Source: Trichoplax adhaerens (lineage: Eukaryota; Animalia; Placozoa). Taken from it: a stretch of 64,000 nucleotides of DNA. Of this stretch, positions 58,001-64,000 are shown piece after piece. A program made the position numbers and the translations under genes. The stretch is taken from NCBI RefSeq assembly GCF_000150275.1, contig NW_002060948.1, positions 310,001 through 374,000 of the forward strand, given 5' to 3'. Within the stretch, counting starts at the first letter, position 1. Every line of letters begins with the position of its first letter. Under the pieces are notes generated by a model. That model searched no databases. It saw only the letters and a list, made by a program, of their open reading frames with translations, and was not told the origin of the DNA.

Positions 58001-59824
58001 AATAGTTATGAGATACATTTACTACTTCAATAAGTGATGTCTAAGTACAATATAAACTTCTACTTTTTCAATTAATTTACCCTCTCTTAATTTTGTATTC
58101 AAGTTGATCATCACACATTTAAAGAAAGACTAGCTGTACTAATTTACCATGCCAAAGTATATACTTCTATGCTCTAATTTAAACAAACGCGATCTAAACT
58201 AATTCTAGCTTTTATTTCTCCACTCTAATTCATCAGCAGAAGGCCATCACTAATATATTAGCAACATTTTCTATTACCATTGTCATAACATGTATCTAAT
58301 CATCTGCTATACTGTATTTATAACTATACTTAATAAATAGCTATAGCTATATTTATTAAAACCGTAGTTATACAAAATTGGTATAACTATAGTTATGTAA
58401 TAGAATGAAGCTCTTCACACAATTTTATGACTTCTGATTCTCTATTTGAGGACAATTTATTACTTAGGTTGCTGAATGAACGGACACCTAATAAATTAAT
58501 CTACTTATTTCTATATTGCAAATGTCATTCCCTCTAGAATGGTAATACACCACTACATAATGCCGTTAGAAATGCTCATGTCCATTGTGTTAGACTTTTG
58601 CTTGCCAATGGAGCTGATCCAACCATGCAAAACCATGTAAACAATTTTTTTGATTCTTTTCTCAAGTACTATCCCAGTTAGATGATCGCTAACCTTACGA
58701 GTTTAGAACAGAAGATATAAACAATCATTAAGTCAATTTATATATTAATTATCTGTTTATTAGATCTAAAACAACTAACATTAATCCAATATTTTCCATA
58801 GCTTAGTGAAAGTGCCATCAATATAGCAAATCATGCTAATAATACAGAAATCTGTGAATTACTTGTCAATAAAAACTATCATGTAAGTCTACCAGGTAAA
58901 TAATTCAAATGTAAGAGCATAGGAATATTTACTTATTTCTACTGGATATTATTTTATATTAGGATGACAAGAATAAAAATGAAGAGAATGGTAACAAACC
59001 ACGTTGTCCTTCAATCCTTCGACCCCATATCAAAGGTGAGCAAGAGGATTCTTACCAACATTTAATATTGATATATAATGATCCGATGGAATCGTAAACT
59101 TTTTGCTCTTAATTTACGTTTAAGCTAGCATTTAAGATAAATAAACCTTATTTGCTTAAAAAATTTCATCCACAGCTTATAAATTTATAAATAAGACTAG
59201 GTTTAGTATTGTAATCGTGATATTTTGGGGGCTACAATCTATCGTTATAGAATCCAAGTATTAGAAATACACAATTATGATTAAACTATGTTAATATGCA
59301 ACATGCTTTCTTCGCTATTACTGCTAAAATATGAATATGAGTGCTTCTTTTAAAGATGTCTAGACTTTAATGGGTAAAATAACACTATATGAGCTATAAA
59401 CATCTTAAAATGTTATAACTATATCAAAATATATTTTAATAGCGATTGTTTCCTTTACATTACACTCACAGATTTACAAAATGTGGCATTAAAAGACTCT
59501 ATCGAAGGAGATATTGTCCAAAAGAATTTCGCTTGGATGTGTGAAATTATTAATACACCACGTTTGACTGATTTGCTGTACACTAAAACCATCCTAAATG
59601 ATGACAATGTTCATAAAATTAATCAACAATCCAAATCAGAACAAAAAGCAGCAACATTACTAAATATTCTTATGCTATGTGATGTTCAGACATTTTATAC
59701 CTTAGTAGAAACGCTTAAATTAGTCGATTCTGTCCATCAAAAACTAGCTCATATATTAACGAAAGAAGTTTACGAGAAACGTAAACAGACGCAAGTTAAA
59801 CCGGCTGCTTGCATTATTTCCTAA
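55011..59824 (+). CDS. Ankyrin-repeat protein with a C-terminal CARD-like death-fold domain, ~364 aa. Exons 55011-55064 (less certain), 55241-55366, 56744-56848, 57470-57574, 57873-57971, 58538-58636, 58802-58882, 58963-59035, 59472-59824
   Basis: Exons translate to SIYQAAKSHNLPRLKKY, GGTPLHFACADGDVDAIQLLLCHGANP, GLAPIHFAAQDNHLECIKTL, QVLHIATKNGYSDMTKWLIDHGADINHQD, GNTPLHNAVRNAHVHCVRLLLANGADP and SAINIANHANNTEICELL. The last exon, IVQKNFAWMCEIINTPRLTDLLYTKTILNDDNVHKINQQSKSEQKAATLLNILMLCDVQTFYTLVETLK, follows the CARD helix pattern. Splice phases are consistent. Confidence 0.85.
56900..57350. repeat. Degenerate tandem duplication within an ANK-CARD intron
   Basis: ctataaactga...tagt...ttattg..ggataaaacaat occurs twice with a ~235-245 bp period. 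Confidence 0.65.
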
Positions 59825-60791
59825 TTATATCATTTATAATAATTATTTGTGATAATCCATTAAGATAACGAACTATTATCTACTTATCGTAAAGTATGAT
59901 GTAACGAATGGATTCTATATCATTCCAATGAAGAAACAAACATTCAATCTAGTTGAGAGTTGATACTTTGTTCTTATAGTAAATAGAAAATATATTTAAA
60001 ATCTATCTATCTATTGGCATAATCGTATCAAGGTTAAAAAAAATATTTCTCACCATGAATCAGCAATCAATAAAATGGTATGATTTCATTTTATTATATC
60101 TTTGATGGGGATGAAAACATAGCTATAATATTATGCATATTAGAGATAAACTGTAGAAGGATATACCAATAGTGCAAGAACTCTTGAAATTTTGGCTATT
60201 TGAGATCTACAGTACTGAAGAGAATAAGAATATTACAATTGCCAAATATAACCGTAACTGGATCTTTAAATAAAAAATTTTGTTGGTGACTGCTACTGTA
60301 ACTATATTGCAATATTGGTAAATTAAAAATTGTTGTAACTTTTTACTTTGAAGTCAAATTCCAGTTCTGATTTTTTTTAAAGTCAGATAGATGGATAAAT
60401 TAAGAACTGCAATAAAATGTTACCAGAATACTCATATGAGATTATTGAAAAAATCTTTGATACTTGGTAGCATATATCTTCTTGGTTTTCAATATATTTT
60501 GATGAATTATATATTAGTAAAATTTTTATATTCAGTAAATTTCCTTCGAATATTTACTAAACTGAAAGACGAAATAGAAATGAAAATAAGAATTCATACC
60601 ATACAGGCACAAAATTATTGGAATGTGTACTATGGATCAATACGGCATAAAGTTATTCTGCTCTATTATTCTCAATCATACTTTTCAAAATTAAATGCTC
60701 ATAAAATCCAGAAATAATAAGCAATTAATGACAGGTAATAGCTTATTGACTATTTCTATTTTGCTTTCTATTGCTCAGCCTATGTTAATTA

Positions 60792-60835
60792 ATTATGCAT
60801 ATGTTACGGTCTATAGACCGTAACATATGCATAAT
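60792..60835. repeat. Perfect 44-bp spacerless palindrome
   Basis: attatgcatatgttacggtcta|tagaccgtaacatatgcataat. Confidence 0.97.
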
Positions 60836-60939
60836 AAATTGCCATAGATCAGTTGATTACAGTCTGTAATTCAAACGCACAACTATAAGCTATGTAGTTT
60901 AGAAAAACTGGTATAATTATTTGATAAGGATTGATGACT

Positions 60940-61540
60940 AGGAATAAACTGTGTTGTAGTGATGCACTTCGTTTTTAACTATAAGGATAGCTATATTTGA
61001 TATAGTTAGGTTACTAAGAATAGATATTATCGTGAAGCTAATATTAGATGATTGATAATTACTGCTGTATTTTAGAAATTCTAGATGACTAATATTAGGC
61101 TGTTGATTAATTATAGTATGAGATTTACGTGACTAGAAAAACTATAATTGTGAAGATGCCCAACACCGAAAGGTGCTGGACATTAATAGAGGAGTAGTGA
61201 TATCATAAGTAGGACGATTCGGATTGTAGAAGATAATGATATTCTATTTGACAAAAGCATTCTCTTTGACGATTCAAATCTGATAGAAGATTAATTAAGT
61301 TGTTATAAATGGATTTGACGAAATATATTTAAGAAATGCTGAGATGAACTCATATAGAGAAAAGAGATTTCACTTCACTTTGAACTCAGAATACTTTAGA
61401 TTTTAGACTAGATCCTGGTAGTAATTAATTATTGCTCTACCATTCCTAAAATCTTGTAATAAAGCCTTTTAGAAAATATCATTTGATTAAGACAGTCACT
61501 GTGAGACACTTTTATTACCGTATAGATTTAAAGATTTACG
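60940..61540 (+). repeat. Dispersed repeat copy 2
   Basis: Contains ttgtagtgatgcac, gatagctatatttgat, aagatgcccaacaccgaaaggtgctggacattaat and tagactagatcctggtagtaattaattattgct. Confidence 0.85.
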
Positions 61541-63308
61541 TACATTATTTTACACTACTTCTCAAATTTATCGCCGAAAAAAGAAGTCTAATATAAAGAA
61601 AATTGTTCTTATTCTTTGTACTTTTTTAGTATCAAGATTATGCATCCATTAAAATAACCGTATTGTTATCATGCAGCAATTACTCAGTTTATGATAGGTG
61701 AAGTTGGGCGGTTCAATTCTCAGATAAATAAGGCAATAATAGCCATTAGTGTAGAAGCTTTACTCGTCTTTATTCTTATGAATGAAATTTCACAAAACCC
61801 TAAAAATTTTTTTAACTTACTGTACTCTGCAATATCACGTAATACTATAAAAACAACTGACAAATTATTTTTATGGCCCATCTCGACCAAAGTAGAAATA
61901 AATTAGCCTGCTTGTGTTCTTCAGATTTGATATTACTCACAAAGGCGATGTTTTATATAAATGAAAAAAAATAGATTTTCTTTTAACTGCTAAATTATCT
62001 CAATGATTCCCTTCAGAACAGAAAAGTACCTTTACATTTTACTCAGCGTATATTCGTAAATAACTATAAATGTCATTATTTGTTATTTAGATGAATGTAA
62101 ATGAATTTTCATTCTACTTGCTGAGAATATCATATGATATTTTTCAGAACAGAAAAACAACTAGTAATGTTACCCCTATGTGTATCTCATTAGCAATTTT
62201 ATAAAATTAGATTTTTAGTATTGTACTTGCCGCACGCTTCAATTTTTATTTTCACCTATTAAAGAACTTCAATAGTACTGGTTATAATAAAAGAATATCC
62301 ATTCATACTATATTATATAGTACTATATAATAAATAGTTGTCGACCTATTGTGCACGCAAGCCATTATCATTTTTTCGATATGCAAAACACGTAAAAAAT
62401 TATTATAACTATATTTCTTCATCTATTTGCAAAGAACTGAAATTTATTTACTAGTTGGTGTTATAAAATAATAAACAACAATTTTGCTATTTAATGTCTA
62501 ATATTCTTTTCAATAATAAAGATTAGTAGTAAGTGTAATTGCTAAAACTGTCTTTCCTTTCATTTCGAGATTCAGATTACAGATTTTCATTCACCTTAAA
62601 ATAAATGGATATTAATATTTATAACAGCTAAGTTGGGAAGGTAGTAAGCTGATAGCACTAAAGTTTTAAACGTGTTTAAGGTATTACAGTATATGCTGTG
62701 AAGCAATGGAAAAGGGTCTTTTCCATCTTGTAGCATATACGAAGACCAATATTATATTAGTAGATTAAATTTTCATATACATATCTAATACTATTTTAAC
62801 TTGTAAAGTACTAAATAACCTGACAATTTCTTATTACAAACGAGGACTATTATGATTTCTAAAGCAAAATTATGCTAATAAAATACGGTTTATTGGATAT
62901 TAATCCATCGTATTTCTATCAATTGTTAACCTAATTAATGCTAATAAAAACAAATCAGAAATTAATCCAATTGTATTTCTCTTCATCAAGTCATTAAAAA
63001 AATTCTAATGCAAATACAGTGAGTCTTACATTATATCTAATTAATATTCAAATGCTTTTATAATATTGATTATACATAAAGTACGGTCATAAATAACTGT
63101 CTTCCTATTTATGATAGATGAAGATTTCTATGATATCTAATACCAAATATTGCTAATCAATATTAACCCAATTGTATTTCTTATCATTTAATTCATTAAA
63201 AATTCGAGAGCAAATATATTTACAATTAAAATTTAATCAACTTATTAATAGTCCATTTATATGCGCTTGCGTAGTGACCAGGTGTTCCCAGCTGTTGTTG
63301 CGGCACCT

Positions 63309-63322
63309 GTTGCCTTAGCAAC
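63309..63322 (+). promoter_or_regulatory. Perfect RFX X-box
   Basis: GTTGCC-TT-AGCAAC matches GTNRCC-N2-RGYAAC and lies in a locally GC-richer patch ~320 bp upstream of ATG 63641. Confidence 0.75.
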
Positions 63323-63640
63323 AAGTTGCAGCATCTTCAATACAATCAATGATTACGACCTAGTTAGGTTGCTAATTGAGCGATTTCATATTAATGTAGT
63401 TGAATTGGCCTAGGCTAAGAGCTATCAAGAAGTTATACTATTTCATATACTCGGATAACTTTGGAATTGGATGCTAGTGTCACATTTTATTTTCCTTTAA
63501 CTTGCAGTTAAATTAACCATCAGAAGTTGATTGTATTAGCAATATTTTTAATTCGCTAGATTATAAAGTCCTAGAAAATAATTCACTATTTAATATAAGA
63601 TTAATTTACGTATCACTGTCACTCCTTCAAAATTGTAAAG

Positions 63641-63832
63641 ATGTCGTCAACAACTATCCACGATCAGATGATTCGAAATAGACGAGAGAACCTGTATGGC
63701 ATCAACAGAAAGCTAGAACAAAATGGTATAAAAACATTGCTACGAGAAGATCATGTCTTTCTACAGGGCGAATATTCTGGAGATCAGCCTGATATATTGT
63801 GGACTAGTGAGACAGCAAACGCCTATTTTAAG
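63641..63832 (+). CDS. First coding exon of an unidentified gene continuing beyond the window (possibly ciliary)
   Basis: aaagATG start context, 64 open codons with protein-like composition, AAG|GTAATT donor at 63833, and an upstream X-box. Confidence 0.6.
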
Positions 63833-64000
63833 GTAATTTAGTTTCATCGTCTTGATAGAAAAGATAATCCTACATGCAAAAGAATCCAGCTTATCGTATG
63901 TTTAAATAGAGATCATCTCATTCTTCTTGCCAGGCTAAGAGTATTGATAAATATAATATGCAAACTGATCTCACACACTTGCTAATGTAGTAGAGACAGA

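Overview
AT-rich eukaryotic genomic DNA with spliceosomal GT-AG introns and animal-type genes. Compact introns, vertebrate-like exon boundaries and an intronless orphan GPCR suggest an early-branching metazoan such as the placozoan Trichoplax (inference, not verified). Gene models reconstructed by hand: cytosolic Hsp90 (+, 5 exons, with HSE/CRE/AP-1 promoter sites); WDR20/DMWD (+, 3 exons); TOGARAM1/crescerin (-, about 17 exons, long poly-Glu tract); an orphan rhodopsin-family GPCR (+); a 12-exon hydantoinase/oxoprolinase-A + DUF917 fusion enzyme (+); a 9-exon ankyrin-repeat + C-terminal CARD-like gene mostly missed by the ORF track (+); and the first exon of an unknown gene behind a perfect RFX X-box (+). 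Non-coding DNA holds many 100-350 bp local tandem duplications, a diverged ~600 bp dispersed repeat, DNA-transposon remnants (TIR fragments, a PHD-like relic), spacerless palindromes and TACAG/CTGTA pentamer arrays concentrated upstream of housekeeping genes. The best candidates for under-described biology are the intron-rich HyuA-DUF917 fusion, the ANK-CARD protein with a possible CARD-less splice switch, and the X-box-driven unknown gene.
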